Shown: positions 1-13,640 of the stretch, one piece after another
How positions within the stretch are numbered: position 1 is the stretch's first letter
Layout of the letters: each line of letters starts with the position of its first letter
From: Felis catus
Lineage: Eukaryota
DNA: 64,000 bases
Direction: 5' to 3'
NCBI RefSeq assembly: GCF_018350175.1
Contig: NC_058383.1
Span: 21,702,001 to 21,766,000 of the forward strand
Made by a program: the position numbers and the translations under genes
The notes under the pieces: generated by a model
Told to the model about the DNA's origin: nothing
The model's database searches: none
What the model saw: the letters and a program-made list of their open reading frames with translations, nothing else

Positions 1-300
1 GGCAGACAGCACCTCTGTGACCAACCCCTGACAGGAACCTTGGGCACTGAATTTCTAAGGAGCTTTCCTGGTAGACATTTTACACATGTTGTCACAATTT
101 GGTGCTAGAAAATGAAGCATGCCCTGTGTGACACGACAGGGAGAGAGCTCTTGGAACTTGCACCTAGTTTCCTCTGGATTTTGCCCAGTGTGCCTTTTCT
201 CTTTGCTGATAGTTTTGCTGTAATAAATCACAGCCACGAGTACCACTAGATGCTGAATCCCAGGGAATCATCAAACCTGAAGGTGGTCTTGGGGACCACC
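1..300 (+). mobile_element. ERV LTR 3' part (MER68/MER77-like)
   Basis: Recognisable LTR text, AATAAA, and terminal ...ggtggtcttggggacc. Confidence 0.7.
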
Positions 301-1580
301 TGACCAACATGGCTTTACAGAGAAAGGTCTCTAAGACACATTGCCGAGTCAAAAGAAGGTCAACATTCAGATCACTAAATCATTTGTTAGAAAAACAAAA
401 AGAAAATCCCACTAAAAGGCACACATTTTCCACAGTACAGTAGGGAAGCAGAGGGGAGCAGACCCTCAAGGTACCCAGTTGACTCTGCACCCAAAATTAT
501 TTATAATTTGGTAGAAACAACTGAACACACGTAAAATAAGGAAACAAGCCACCATCTGGTAGAGGCTGTGAGCAAGTTTAGGAAAATAAGACGTGCATAC
601 GAGCTGTTACAGCTATGGAAAGCTTCAAGAAGGTGATCTTAAAGGATCCTGAAGAGTCTTCCACAGATAGAGAGGTGGGCCTTTCAGGCAAGGGAGGACA
701 GAAAGGCACAGCCACAGCAAAGCATAGAGATTTGTTAGCATGGTGATTTCAGGGACCAGTACTCAGAGGAAATTTCAGAAAAAAGGAGGAAAAGTTAGAT
801 AAAAGTAGGAAATAAATTGCTAAATAGGGTGACAAGCCTCTTGCAATACTTAGAGTAAATATGCAATGTCCTGAGCCACAGCGGTGGACCGGAAATGAAA
901 AGCAAAGATCACCACACCAAGGTAACCATAAGAAGTTGGAATAGTTGATGGTATTAGTAAGAATGATAAGAGAAGCATGTTAATGATGATACCTCCAGAT
1001 TTTAGAGAGCAAACATTTAAAAGTGGAGGCTCTGGTGTTGAGATGGTAATTCCATAATGGGGCAAGAGGTTGTATCTTGCTTCACAGAATAGAAGATTGG
1101 TGGGGGGGCAGCTTTCCACAGGGCCTAACTAGCCTGCCAGTCAGCAACCTACCATAAGCCAGCTCATCACCACACAGAAGCCAGCTGTACGTGACAAGCT
1201 GGTTATGAAAACATATTTCACATCTCCTGCCAAAAATGCTGTTCTCCTACTTTTCCCCTTACTGTCTATTCTATTTTCTCCCAGCCTTCCTGCTTCCCCT
1301 TTTTCTATCTGCTTGCCAACCCTCCCTTTTCTTTTCTCCTTCTCGTCCTCCTACACGTAAATTAATCACCAAAGCCAGTCTAGCACTACACAGTACAAAG
1401 TCACTAGTAACCTTCAAAACAATAATTTCACCACATAGTAGAGATGGAAACCCAAATGCAGCAAAAATAGGTAAGAATGAAATCAGGGGTTTGGACAAGT
1501 TTTTCAAAAACTTTGGCAGTGATATAAAGACAACACAATAAAAATGAAGTTTTCTGGATTGTTTTTAAAATAAGAAGACT

Positions 1581-1792
1581 AGGGGCGCCTGGATGGCTCA
1601 GTCGGTTGAGCATCTGACTCCTGATTTCGACTCAGATCATGATCTCACAGTTCAGTTTGTGAGATTGAGCCCCATATGATGGCTCAAACCCTGTGTCCGT
1701 GCTGTCAGTGTGGAGCCTACTTGGGATTCTTTCTCTCTGCCCCTTCTCCCTTGCTCTCTCTCAAAATAAACAAACATATAAAATAAAATAAA
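1581..1792 (+). mobile_element. Can-SINE
   Basis: ggggcgcctgg...ggctcagtcggtt head, (CT)n region, A-tail. Confidence 0.9.
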
Positions 1793-2289
1793 GACTGGAA
1801 CTTATTTGCAGATAAAAGGGGCTAGGGAATATAAGTATCAGAGAAAGTGACAGCAGATGGGGTGACACAAGACAGCCTAGTTTAGAGTCACAGGCAGTTT
1901 AATAGTCACACATACTGAAGGAGTTCAATAAAAGTGATACATCCATAAAATGAAATACCACGCAGCTATAAAACAGGTAAGATATCCATGTTCTGGTATG
2001 AAAGATTCTGGAAGGTATTCAGTTAGTTGGGAAAAAAACCCTGTAAGATTCAGTATACTATGTTTTGTGTTAATAGGAAGACATAAAAATACATATCCCC
2101 TTGTGTTTTATTTGCATAAGGAAATTCTGGAAGCACACACAAACTAATAAAAAAATATCCGGATGGCAATAATGTATATTTCTAGATACTATCTGATTTT
2201 GAACCACAGAGCACAGACAGAAAGCTTAGCTTTAGAGGCACAGGTGGCAGTGAAGAGTCCGAGTATCTTCTGCTTAAGAATTACGGGAA

Positions 2290-2520
2290 GGGGAGCCTGG
2301 GTGGCTCAGCTGGTCAAGTGTCTGACTCTTCATTTTGGCTCAGGTCATGATCTCACGGTTCGTGGGTTTGAGCCCATTATGCTGACAGCATGGAGCCTGT
2401 GTGGGTTTCTCTCTCTTCCTCTCTCTCTGCCCCTCCCTGGCACTCTGTTGTGTGTGCATTTGAGCGCTCTCTCTCTCTCTCAAAATAAGTAACTTAACAA
2501 GAAAAAAAGAATGAAGGGAA
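2290..2520 (+). mobile_element. Can-SINE
   Basis: tRNA-derived head, CT tract, A-tail. Confidence 0.9.
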
Positions 2521-3063
2521 AATAAGACAGAGATAGCGATGCATTATCCAGATGATACCGAGTCTGGATCTCTTCAAAAAGAGTTTAAGCCTGAAGGGGG
2601 CTTCCCCTGGACTCATAATCTGAGCACCAAATAATTCAAGTAAAGGATTACAATCCACCAAAGAAAATAAGAATCCGGGAGATCTTAATGATATTAATAA
2701 ATGCGCGGATGGATAAATGCACAGGGTAAAGGGAAAGATCTTACAGCAGAATGTCAACAAATAGGGAAAGAATAATGGCCTTGGAAAGTCACTATCTGGC
2801 AATCCATTGACTGAGGCAAGAATCCTGGTGAGAAACAAGATGTTTTACATAGTTTCAAAGTTCTCCCAACAATATAATTATTAATTACAAAAGGAAAAAT
2901 CCTAACTTTACAATTACAAACCTGACATGTACCACCTTAACCAAGTAACTGAAGTTACCGTCACCAGTAATGGCACAGATGAACATCATCGACCTCGTGA
3001 CAGAACGCACCAGGCAAAACACAACATTGGTTTTGTGCTATTCCTGCCCCAAATGCATAACCT

Positions 3064-3488
3064 GGGGCACCTGGGCGGCTCAGTCAGTTGGGCCTCCAAC
3101 TCTTGGTTTCGGCTTGGGTCATGTCACGGTCCTGGAGTCTTGGGATCGAGCCCTGCACGGAGCTGGGTGTCGAGCGTGCTTGGGATTCTCCCTCTGTCTC
3201 CGCCTCTCTACTCCTCTCCCTTACTCACATGCACTCTCTCTCCCTGTCTAAAATAAAAAAAAAATTTTAGAAAAAAATTTTTTAATGTTTATTTATTTTT
3301 GAGACAATGTGAGAGACAGAGTGCAAGCAGCGGAGGGGCAGACAGGCAGACACAGAAGAATCTGAAGCGGGCTCCAGGCACCGAGCTGTCAGCCCAGAGC
3401 CCGACGCGGGGCTCGAACTCACGAACCGTGGGATCATGACCTGAGCCTAAGTCAGACACTTAACCGACTGAGCCACTCAGGTGCCCCT
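3064..3488. mobile_element. Two Can-SINEs tail to tail (+ 3064-3268, - 3276-3488)
   Basis: Two opposite-orientation heads sharing an A/T-rich junction. Confidence 0.88.
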
Positions 3489-5129
3489 AAAATAAAAAAA
3501 ATTTTTTAAATGCGTAACAACCTAACCAACAGGACACAACACACAAATATGGATGAGGGACATCCTACCAAATAACTAGCCTGTACTCTTAAAAAAATTT
3601 CAAGGTCTTAAAAAACAAAGACTGAGAAACTTCCAGAATGCCGGTGACTAATCGAACATGAAAAGTAAATGCAAACTGTGTTCCTGGGCTGAATCTCCAA
3701 CGAGAACAGTTTTGTTTTGTTTTTTATTTGCTCTAAGAGGCATTATTGAGACAACTGGCAAAATCTGAGTAAGGTCTATAGCTTTACTCTTAAGATCTGC
3801 ACCAATATTACTTCCCCAATTTTGATAATGGTACTATACAGTTATTAAGACATGTCTTTGATTTTAGGAAATAACTACATAAAAGTTTTTGGGGCTAAAG
3901 AGGCAACATGCTTCCAAGTCACTCTAAAAGGGTTCAGAAAAAAAAGCAGTATAGATGTAGAAAGAGAAAATGATAAAACAAATGTGGTTAAATGTTAGCA
4001 TTTGAGGAATACAGGTGAAGGATATTCAAGAATTCTTTGATCTATTCTTGTAAAATTTCTCTAAATCTGAAATTATTTTAAAATTAAAAGCTCAGGGGCA
4101 CCTGGGTGGCTCAAGCATCCAACTCTTGATTCTAAGGTTATGGGATCGAACCTCACGGTGGGCTCGACGCTGAGTGTGGAGTCTGCTTGGGATTCTGCCC
4201 TCGCCGCCCACGCTCCCTCTAAACATATAAACTTTTTTTTTTTAAAGCCCTTAAAATAAAAAGCTCAGGTTGAGGACAGTCAGTGAAATTAGAAACAGGA
4301 GAACAGACACCCCACCACAATGACAGAAGCACCCTATAGTCTGCAAGTGCTCTGAGAGATTATCTATTTGAACCTGCAATTCTGACACACAGAATTGACG
4401 CCATTCCCGTTTGAAACTTAAAGAAACCAATGATCAGAAAGTCTAAGTGACTTGTATGGTATATGGTAGTGGGGTAAGGCTGTCCCAAAACCTGGTTTGC
4501 TAAACTACTCTCCTAAACTCTACTCTTCTGAGGCTTAATTACTAGTTCCTTCAGGATTCTTTCCAACTCACACAAACCTCACTCTTGACCTCTAATTAAA
4601 TGATGCTCATTTTCTAATTGTTTCAGATGTTAATCTCACTCTTCCAAACAGGACTGCTTGCTGCTCTGAAGGCAAAAACCAGTTCTACTTGTATTGTACT
4701 CCCCAGCATTGGGCACTGCAATTAAACGCCTGCTTCCTTGCTTTTTACTAACACTCTAACCTGATCCCCACCACCAAATATGTGTTCTTTCCACTCTTCT
4801 ACCCACATTCTACGTAAGGATGATCCTACTTAAGCGCTTCAATCTCCAATATCTACTTGTGTAAGCAACTTGTTTCTTTTCTCTCAAACCTCTATTTCCC
4901 CCTTTATGAGAGTCTCAAATTATACCTCCTCCCAAGGGTTGTTGTGAAGGTTAAATTAAGTAATGCAGAGAAAGTGCTTAATGGACACACAAAATAAGTG
5001 TACACTCCTCATTAGCTACAAGACTGAGATCCAAAATCCTGCACTAAATAAGGCTAAGGTTAGGACACAAGGAAGGGTGCAAACTGAAGAAGGGAGAACG
5101 TACAGCAGAAAACAGAACTGATGCACCTC

Positions 5130-6947
5130 TCTGAATGGCTCTCATCAAGAAGACAAAAGACAACAAGGGTTGGTGAGAACAGGTAGAAGAGGAACCCTTT
5201 GTGCACTGCTGGGAATGTAAACTGGTGAACGCACTATGGAAAACAGTCTTGAAGCTCCTCAAAAAATTAAAAATACAGGGGCGCCTGAGTGGCTCAGTTG
5301 GTTAAGCGTCTGACTCTTGATTTGGGCTCAAGCCATGATCTCATGGTTCATGAGCTCAGGCCTCACATCTGGGTCTGTGCCTGACAGTGTGGAGCCTGCA
5401 TGGGATTCTCTCTCTGTTCTTCCCCCACTTGTGCTCTCTCTCTCAAAATAAATAAACTTACAGAAAAATTAAAAATACGACTACCAATGACCCGGTGATC
5501 CCACTTCTGGGTATATTTCCAAAGGAAATATAAACAAGATATCAAAAAGATATCTGAACTCCCATGTTTACTGCACATGATTCACAATAGCCAAGATATG
5601 GAAACAACCTAAGTGTCCATCAGTGAATGATGGAGATGTGGGATGTGTGTGGGTGTGTACACAATGGAATACTATTCAGCCGAAAGAAAGAAGGAAATTC
5701 TGCCATTGGCAATAACTAGATGGGCCTTAGGGCATTGTGCTAAGTGAAAGAAGTCAACAGAGAAAGACAAACACTATAGATATCACTTATACGTGGAATC
5801 TAAAAAAAGCTGAACTTATAGAAACAAAGCAGAACGGTGGTTACCAGGAGCCAGGGAATGGGGGGGTTGGGGAGAAGTGGTTAAAATATACAAACCTGCA
5901 ATTAGAACAGGAGTAAATTCTGGAAATCTGATGAAGAGAATAGTGATTATAGCCAACAATACTGTAGTATACGCTTCAAAGTTGCTAAGACTAGATCGCA
6001 AATGTTCGCACAAAAAAGGAATGCTAATTATGTGACATGATTAGAGGTGTTAGCTAACACTATGGTGGTAATCACACCGCAATATATAAACATTGTATCA
6101 GCACACTGTACACCTTCAACTTACACAGAGTTAGGTTTCAGTATCTTAAAAACAAAACAACAGCACACAAGGGCAATGCACTAACCACTGGTGGGGCAGG
6201 GGATGAAATTACTTCAATTGTCAATCCCGCCTTTATAAAGATGGAAAAAAATTAAAAAGACAAAATGAAAACAGAAGCGAATACATAAAAACAATTATTA
6301 CAGCACAATGAAAAATGAGGTAGATGCCAGAACAACAATTCAAGACCCTAGATTCCAAACCAGACCAAACAAAGTACCAGGTACCAAAAGAAGACAAAGA
6401 TATCAAAACTACAGACCAATAACACTTATGAATACAGACACAAGTCGTCAACAGAAGACTAATAAACCCAATCCAGCTACGTATAAAAAGTACTAATCAC
6501 AGTGCCCAAGTGGGATTTGTCCCTGGAATGCAAGGTTGGTTTAGCATATGAAAACTGATGGAATACAACAGTGTAATAGAACAATGGGCAAAAACCACAC
6601 GGTGATCTCACTAGACAGAAAAAGCATTTGACAAAATCCATCCTTTCATGACAAGTTAAAACACTCAAACTAGAAATAGAAGGAAACCTCCTTAACCTGA
6701 TAAAGGCCATCTACAAAAAGCTGCCAGCTCATAACATATATAATGGTTAGGACTGAATGCTTTTCCTCCAAGATGAGAAACGAGACCAGAAGTCCACTCT
6801 TGCCAACTTCTATTCAACACTGTACTGTAGATTCTATTCAGAAAAATTGGGCAGGAAAAGTAAATAAAAAGCACTGAGACTGGAAAGGAAGTTATAAAAC
6901 CATCTCTATTCACCGATACGATGTTATATATAGAGTGAGAGTCCTAA

Positions 6948-7001
<54 letters not shown>

Positions 7002-8540
7002 CGACTAGTAGGAATAATAAACAAGTTCAGCACAGCTGCAGGGTACAGGATCAACATACAAAAATCAATTGACCGATGTGCTATGACATGGATGAACCTT
7101 GAAAACGTTATGCTAAGAGAAATAAGTCAACCACAGAAGGAAAAACATATGATTCCACTCACATGAGGCACCTGGAACAGTGAAATTCAGAGACAGCAAA
7201 TAGAATAGTGGTTGCCGGCAGTTGAGGGTATGGGAGAATGGGGAGTTATTGTTTAATAGGTACAGAGTTTCAATTTTGCAAGATGAGAAGGGCAGTGGAG
7301 ACGGCTGGTGGTGACGGCTGCACAACATGGTGAATGTAATGCACTTGATATCACTAAATGGTACACTCAGATTTGGTTAAGATGGTAAACTGGACATACC
7401 GAATTTTAAAACTTTTGTGCTTCAAGGGACATCAAGAAAAAAGGCAACCCACAGAATGGGAGAAAATATTTACAAACCGTGTATCTAACACAAGACTTGT
7501 ATCTAGAATATATAAAGAACCCTTATGGGGTGCCTGGTTGGCTCAGTAGAGGCTGCAACTCTGGATCTCCAGGCTGTGTAAGTTCAAGACCCACCTTGGG
7601 TCTTTAAGAGATTACTTAAAAATCAAATCTTACCAAAAAAAAAATTTTTTTTAAAAGACCCCTTATAACTCAACAAAAAGAACCAAATTTTAAAATGGAC
7701 ACAGGATTTGAATAGAGATTTCCCCAAATCAGATACACAAATGGCCAATAAGCACACAAAGATGCTCACATTATTAGTTATTAACGAAATGCAAATCAAA
7801 AAATCAAAACCACAATGAGATACCACTTCATACCAAGATGACAATAATAAAAAAGAATAAGAAGTGTTGGTGAAGATGTTGAGACACTGGAATCCTCATA
7901 CAGAGCTGGTGCGGATGTAAAATGGTTCAGATGCTTTGAAGACAGTCTGGCAGCTCCTCAGAAAGTCAAACACAGAATTCCCATATGCCACAGCACTGCC
8001 ACTTCTAAGTAGGCACCCAAGAGAACTGAAAACGTCATGGCCACACCAACACTTGTACAGGACTGTTCACAGCATCATTATTCATAATAGCCCTAAAGTG
8101 AAAACTCTAACGCCCATCAAACGATGAATGGATAAAGAAAATGTGGTATATTGGGGCCCTGGCTAGCTCAGTCAGAGAAGCATGTAACTCTTGATCTTGG
8201 GTTGCAAGTTCAAGCCCTACACTGGGTGGAAAAATTACATAAATAAATAAAAACAAAAAAAAAAATGAGAAAATGTGTTATAGATGCACAATGGAATGTT
8301 TTTCACCCATAAACTGATGCATGCTACAACACGGAGGAGTGAATGGGGAATGATTGCTATAAAGCACAGGGGTTTTTTTGGCGGGGGTGTGGGGGGCGTT
8401 AGGCAATGATAAAAATGTTCTGGAATTAGGCAGTTGTGATAATTGCACAACTATGAATATACTAAACCCCACAGAATTGTATACTTTACAAGGTTGAATT
8501 TAATGGTATGTAAATTGTATCTCAATAAAGTTGCTATTTA
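5130..8540 (+). mobile_element. Old L1 fragments (ORF2 3' part and 3'UTRs) with nested SINEs and (CA)n at ~6947-6998
   Basis: L1 motifs such as aatagccaagatatggaaacaacctaagtgtcca, ggaatgcaaggttggtt and acagaatgggagaaaatatt. Confidence 0.85.
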
Positions 8541-8555
8541 AAAAATGGAGGGAGA

Positions 8556-8800
8556 GGGGCGCCTGGGTGGCTCAGTCGGTTGAGCGTCCGACTTCGGCTC
8601 AGGTCATGATCTCGCGGTTTGTGAGTTCGAGCCCCGCGTCGGGCTCTGTGCTGACAGCTCAGAGCCTGGAGCCTGCTTCACATTCTGTGTCTCCCTCTCT
8701 CTCTGCCCCTCCCCTGCTCTTACTCTGTCTCTCTCTCCTTCAAAAATAAACATTAAAAAAATTCTAAAAAAAAAAAATAAAATAAAAAATAAAAAATGGA
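8556..8800 (+). mobile_element. Can-SINE (feliform type)
   Basis: Near-consensus copy with TSD-like aaaaatggagggaga. Confidence 0.93.
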
Positions 8801-10519
8801 GGGAGAAACTAACAGAAACGTTTGCAGTAAAAGTTGAGGATAGGGCAAGAATAGATTGGATAACACTAAAGAGATAGATAAGCTGAGCATAGACACGAGT
8901 CTATGCTTAAATTCCAGAGTCACTGGGGAGCCAGGAAAGGTTTCTAAATAGTGAGGGACATACTCAGAACTGTCGCTTGAGGACGATTAACTTGCAGCAG
9001 CAGAGAGGATGCTCTTTATGCCCCTTCCTATCTTCATGTGGGAAAAGTCTCGTGCACACATACACCTCACATCACCTGGAGCTTCACAAGTAGAAATACT
9101 AAGCAAAACATGTTTCTCTGACAATTATCAAGCAGTGGAGTAATGCTTAAAATCACATTTAAGACTGGTGCATATTTAAGCACCACACAGCACTAATGCC
9201 TTGTGTTTCGCAGGGACACTTCAAAAGAATAAGAAAAGACCAAAGTCAACAAAACACAGATGTCAAAATTATAAAAATATTCAACGATCGGTGCGTCAAG
9301 CTGCTCAGTAAATGCTAGCTGACTCAAAACCACTAGTAAGAACAGCAAAATAAGTGACTTGGTTGCATCTTGTTGGTTACTATACCAATCCAATCAATTG
9401 CTGTTTGCGGAAAATATCTTGTAAGGTTCCAAGTATAAAATTCCTTAACCAGGTTTCAATCTGTTGTGAACACTCCATCGGAGACGGGAAGTCAGCTGAG
9501 TCATTGCCACACAACATACTACTGCAAATTCAAATGCTCTCCCCTAGTTACAAGAGTAGAAAGGCTAGGATTTCTGCTTCAGAGCCAACTCACACACCCA
9601 GAGTATGCAAATCGTTTTTAAAATAAGACCACCTTCATAAGACATTTAAACTATATTTACTTCCATGGTTTTTTGTGGGTTTTTTTTTTTTTTTTTTGAA
9701 GAGAGAAACTAGGCCTCTGTCAAACGTTACTCTCTCCCTTTGAATCTTAAAATCTCCCTTTTTGTTGAGAGTATTCAGCTCCCTGATACCCTCCCTGTAA
9801 CACACTGTCTCTTACTCTTTGGGGAGCCATGACCTTTTGAAATCCGATAAATGCTAAGGTCCTTTTTTTTTAAAGCACACATTCAATTTTTCAAACTACC
9901 TCATGCCATCTGTATCCCTGTGTGGAATCCAGTATGAGAATCTCGGTTCTGGTGGCATCCTTTTTCAGGAAGCAGATCACGAGCCCAGGCCCTATGTTTC
10001 ATTTTCTTACCAAGGTTATCACCGGTCATAGTTGAAAACAAGCAACTTTTATGTCTAACAGTTAGGGAGCTACCTTCAGAATGACCCTTCAAGAAAGCTA
10101 CAATCGTTACAAGCGATCAGTTTAAACATGAAGACCTGTAATTATCGTAACCTCAACTATTTAAAATGATATCTCAGTTTAAACTAATTGTCAACATATC
10201 CGAAAACGAAAAGAAACACTGAGTTAACGTAAAGGTAAAAGTACAGGGTCAACTTTCAGTTAATCTGTTTAAAAACAGTGGGGGAAGGAGCCTGATGTGA
10301 CCTAGTGACAACACATCACCTATGTACTATTCCTGCCGAAAAGGTTTAACTGAATCTAATCTTATAGGAACCATCAGAAAAATCCAAACTGAAGCCTGCA
10401 AAAAAGGGGAAGGAGAGGATAAAGGAGTGCTCCTGACATAAGGAAATTACAGACAACTAAAAGCAACCCTGGATTAAGGAATTTAGAGAGGGAAACCAAC
10501 ATATTTATAAAGACATTAC

Positions 10520-10764
10520 TGGGGCTCCTGGGGGGCTAGGTCAGTTGAGTGTCTGACTTCGGCTCAGGTCATGATGTCACGGTTTGTGAGTTCGAGCCCC
10601 GCGTCGGGCCCTGTGCTGACAGCTCAGAGTCTGGAGCCTGCCTCGGATTCTGTGTCTCCCTCTCTCTCTATAACCCTCCCCCACTGGTGCGTGCTCGTGT
10701 GCGCTCTCTTGTCTCTTTCTCGCTCTCTCTCAAAGATAAATAAGCGTTAAAAAAAAAAAAAAAA
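10520..10764 (+). mobile_element. Can-SINE
   Basis: Head, CT tract, A-tail, TSD aaagacatta. Confidence 0.9.
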
Positions 10765-11443
10765 GACATTAGTTGGCTGACTGGGAAAATGCGAATATGG
10801 ACAGAATGGCATTGCAACAAAGTTAAACTTACCCGTGCATGACAATGCGATGGTTATGTAGAATGCCCTGGTTCTTAGGAGGTACACATTGTCTTACTTA
10901 GGCGTGAACTGGCATGATAAAACTCTATGGCAAAAGATTAATAATGGGTAAACCTAGGAAGAGATACAGGTGTTCACTGCACTATTCTTGCTGTTTTGCT
11001 GAAGATTAGAATTACCTTTTAAAAATTTTAAATGGGAGGTCATTTTCTCGACTTTGAGTGAGAGACCTATCAAAAGACAGTCTGAAGAGAATACATACAG
11101 CACATTCTATTTTAGTCTCTCCAATCATGGGCAGTACTTTTGAAGTCAGAAAAGAGAACTGTAAGGGATTTTAATTATTACTTGCAGACTTACTTCAGAT
11201 GCCAAAAACACAAGAGGTTACAGGGTAGTACTCAGACTTTTTAATGACGTTCATATTTAAATTTTCCACAGAGGGTTGTTATGCATTTTTAAACTAAGCT
11301 TACGGTTTGATTCATTTATTCTATCAATTGATTTACCGCATAGCTGCCAAATTAAACTAGAAAGAAACCTACCATTATGAATTTGCTGGCCTCCAAACCA
11401 TATCACAGGAAGGCAACAGAAAAGCGTAACAAAAATCAGAAGG

Positions 11444-11477
<34 letters not shown>

Positions 11478-12012
11478 AGCTAAAGGCTGATGAATTACAA
11501 GAGCAGGGTCCACCTTATCTAGGGAGACCTGCTATCCTGGTTCATTCCTGCCGTCCCTAGGTCCCTAGTCTTTTTTTACGGAGCACCTGTCCCAGGCAAA
11601 AGTGCCTCAGACAACAATGTCCCAGTTTAGATGCTATTTTATATGGCATCGCAGCGTCTTTAACACATTTTCTTAAATGATGGCATTCAATAGCTGGTTT
11701 GGGGGAGGGGGGGAAATCAGCTAACATGAAACATGTAACTCTTACTTTAGATGATATACCCTACATTATAACAAATTAACTAGAATGAGCACAAAATACA
11801 TTGAGATAATTGTTTTTACATTTCCCGAAAGGAGAAACCAAAGTTATCATTTTTTTTTACTGTGCAATATAAAATATTGCTCAGCTGCAAGAACTCGATA
11901 GAGGTGAGAGGCCTGTTGGAATTCCAGATCTGTCACTTGAGAGAATACAACCTTGACTGCGTTACTAGATCTATCTCAACCATAGCTTTCTCATCGGTAA
12001 AACAGGGGTCAT

Positions 12013-12217
12013 GGGGCACCTGGGTGGCTTAGTCGGTTAAGTGTTTGACTCGTGATTTCGGCTCAGGTCATGATCTCACGGTCTGCGGGTTCGAGCCCCA
12101 TGTAGGGCTCTATGCTGATTCCACAGAACCTGCTTGGGATTTTGTGTCTCCCTCTCTCCCTGCCCCTCCCCCACAAAATAAATAAATAAACATTAAAAAA
12201 AAAAAAAAAAAAAAAAA
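12013..12217 (+). mobile_element. Can-SINE
   Basis: Head and A-tail. Confidence 0.9.
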
Positions 12218-12939
12218 GAAGGGCTCAGAATACTGGCTGGTCTCTCTGATGTCATGGCCGAGCTCTAAATACCCAATGATTCTATGGCTATGGCCTGCAA
12301 AAGAGTTTTTAAAATTAGATCAGTTGCATTCGAAAAATTTTTTTTACAACTCAAAAATGTAACTTATTATCTTCTCTCACCAAATTCCTATTTCTGTTCT
12401 GACCTCTATTCTGTTCAGAGGCTGAGTCAATCTCCCATTCATCCAAAACGGAGACCCCGGTATGTCTAGTCCCCTCTCACAACTAAACCCAGGTTAGTTA
12501 CTTGCCAAATCCCGGACTGCACTTCCTCAGTATCTCCCACTCTCACGCCTTTTCTACCACCGCTGTAATCCGGGCCTCCCACACCTCCAGCCCACATCAC
12601 AAGTTACCATTATTCTAGCATATCACACTACCCTCCCCAAGAGCGTATGATAGCTCCACACTACTGAAAGATCTATGCCCAAAGTCCTCAACCTAATACT
12701 GCATCCGTCCCTGCTCTTGTATGCCAATCCAACCAAACTACCCACTGCTATTTCAAAATTCCCTGTACTTCCTGGATTTTGTGCCTTCAGTTCTGCTGTT
12801 CTCACACTGCCCTTTTCTCTGCCTTTCAAAAGTGATTCTATCCTTTAAAGTTCCGTTCCAATGTGACCACCCCCATCTAGATGTTACAGTTTCCTCTTTT
12901 CAATGCCCATGATACTGACATAAAGTGACAATTTAAAAT

Positions 12940-13138
12940 TCTTTTAATGTTTATTTAGTTTTGAGAGACAGAGCGTGAGCAGGGGAGGGGCAGAGAGAGA
13001 GGGAGACACAGAATCCAAAGCAGTCTTCAGGCTCTGAGCCGTCAGCACAGCCCGACGCTGGGCTCAAACCCACGAACCATGAGCTCATGACCTGAGCTGA
13101 AGCTGGGCATTTAACCGACTGAGCCACCCAGGTGCCCC
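12940..13138 (-). mobile_element. Can-SINE
   Basis: Reverse-complement match to the consensus. Confidence 0.9.
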
Positions 13139-13444
13139 AGAAAGTGACCATTTTAATGGCCAGCTGTGAAAGAACTATAGTTTACCCTGGGTAAGTAAAC
13201 GAAATTTCTGTCTTGTGCTGATTCTCACTCTCGCTCGCTACCTGGCACGCTGTCTTGAGGATCTACCACTCGGCAGAGGGAACGAAGAACGGCAATACGA
13301 CGTTGACATTCAGAGACTGGAGGGTTCAAACCAGGGGTACACACAGTAGCATGTGGACTTCCACAGTACTAAAACACGGTACAATTAACTTAACATTAAA
13401 AATTTGCATGTTTGGTTATCTTTGGGGAACATGAAGATCTAGAA

Positions 13445-13640
13445 TAGTGGTTCTCAGCTGTGGGGGTGATTTTGCCCCCCAGAGAACATTTAGCAATATC
13501 TGAAGACGTTTCTGAATGTCACGCCTGGATGGGGGTACTACAGGCAGATGCTGCTGAACACCCCACAATGCACAGGGCAGACCTCACAATAATAAACTAT
13601 CTGGTCCAAAACATCAACAGAGCCCAGACTAAGAAGCTCT
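13445..13640 (+). mobile_element. MER20-like hAT DNA transposon
   Basis: agtggttctca...gggtgattttgcccccc...acatttagcaat. Confidence 0.75.

Noticed and set aside
8531..8749. Recurrent ORFs of the type GAWVAQSVERPTSAQVMIS... throughout the window
   Set aside because: Translations of Can-SINE consensus, not genes. The tRNA-like heads are SINEs, not tRNA genes.
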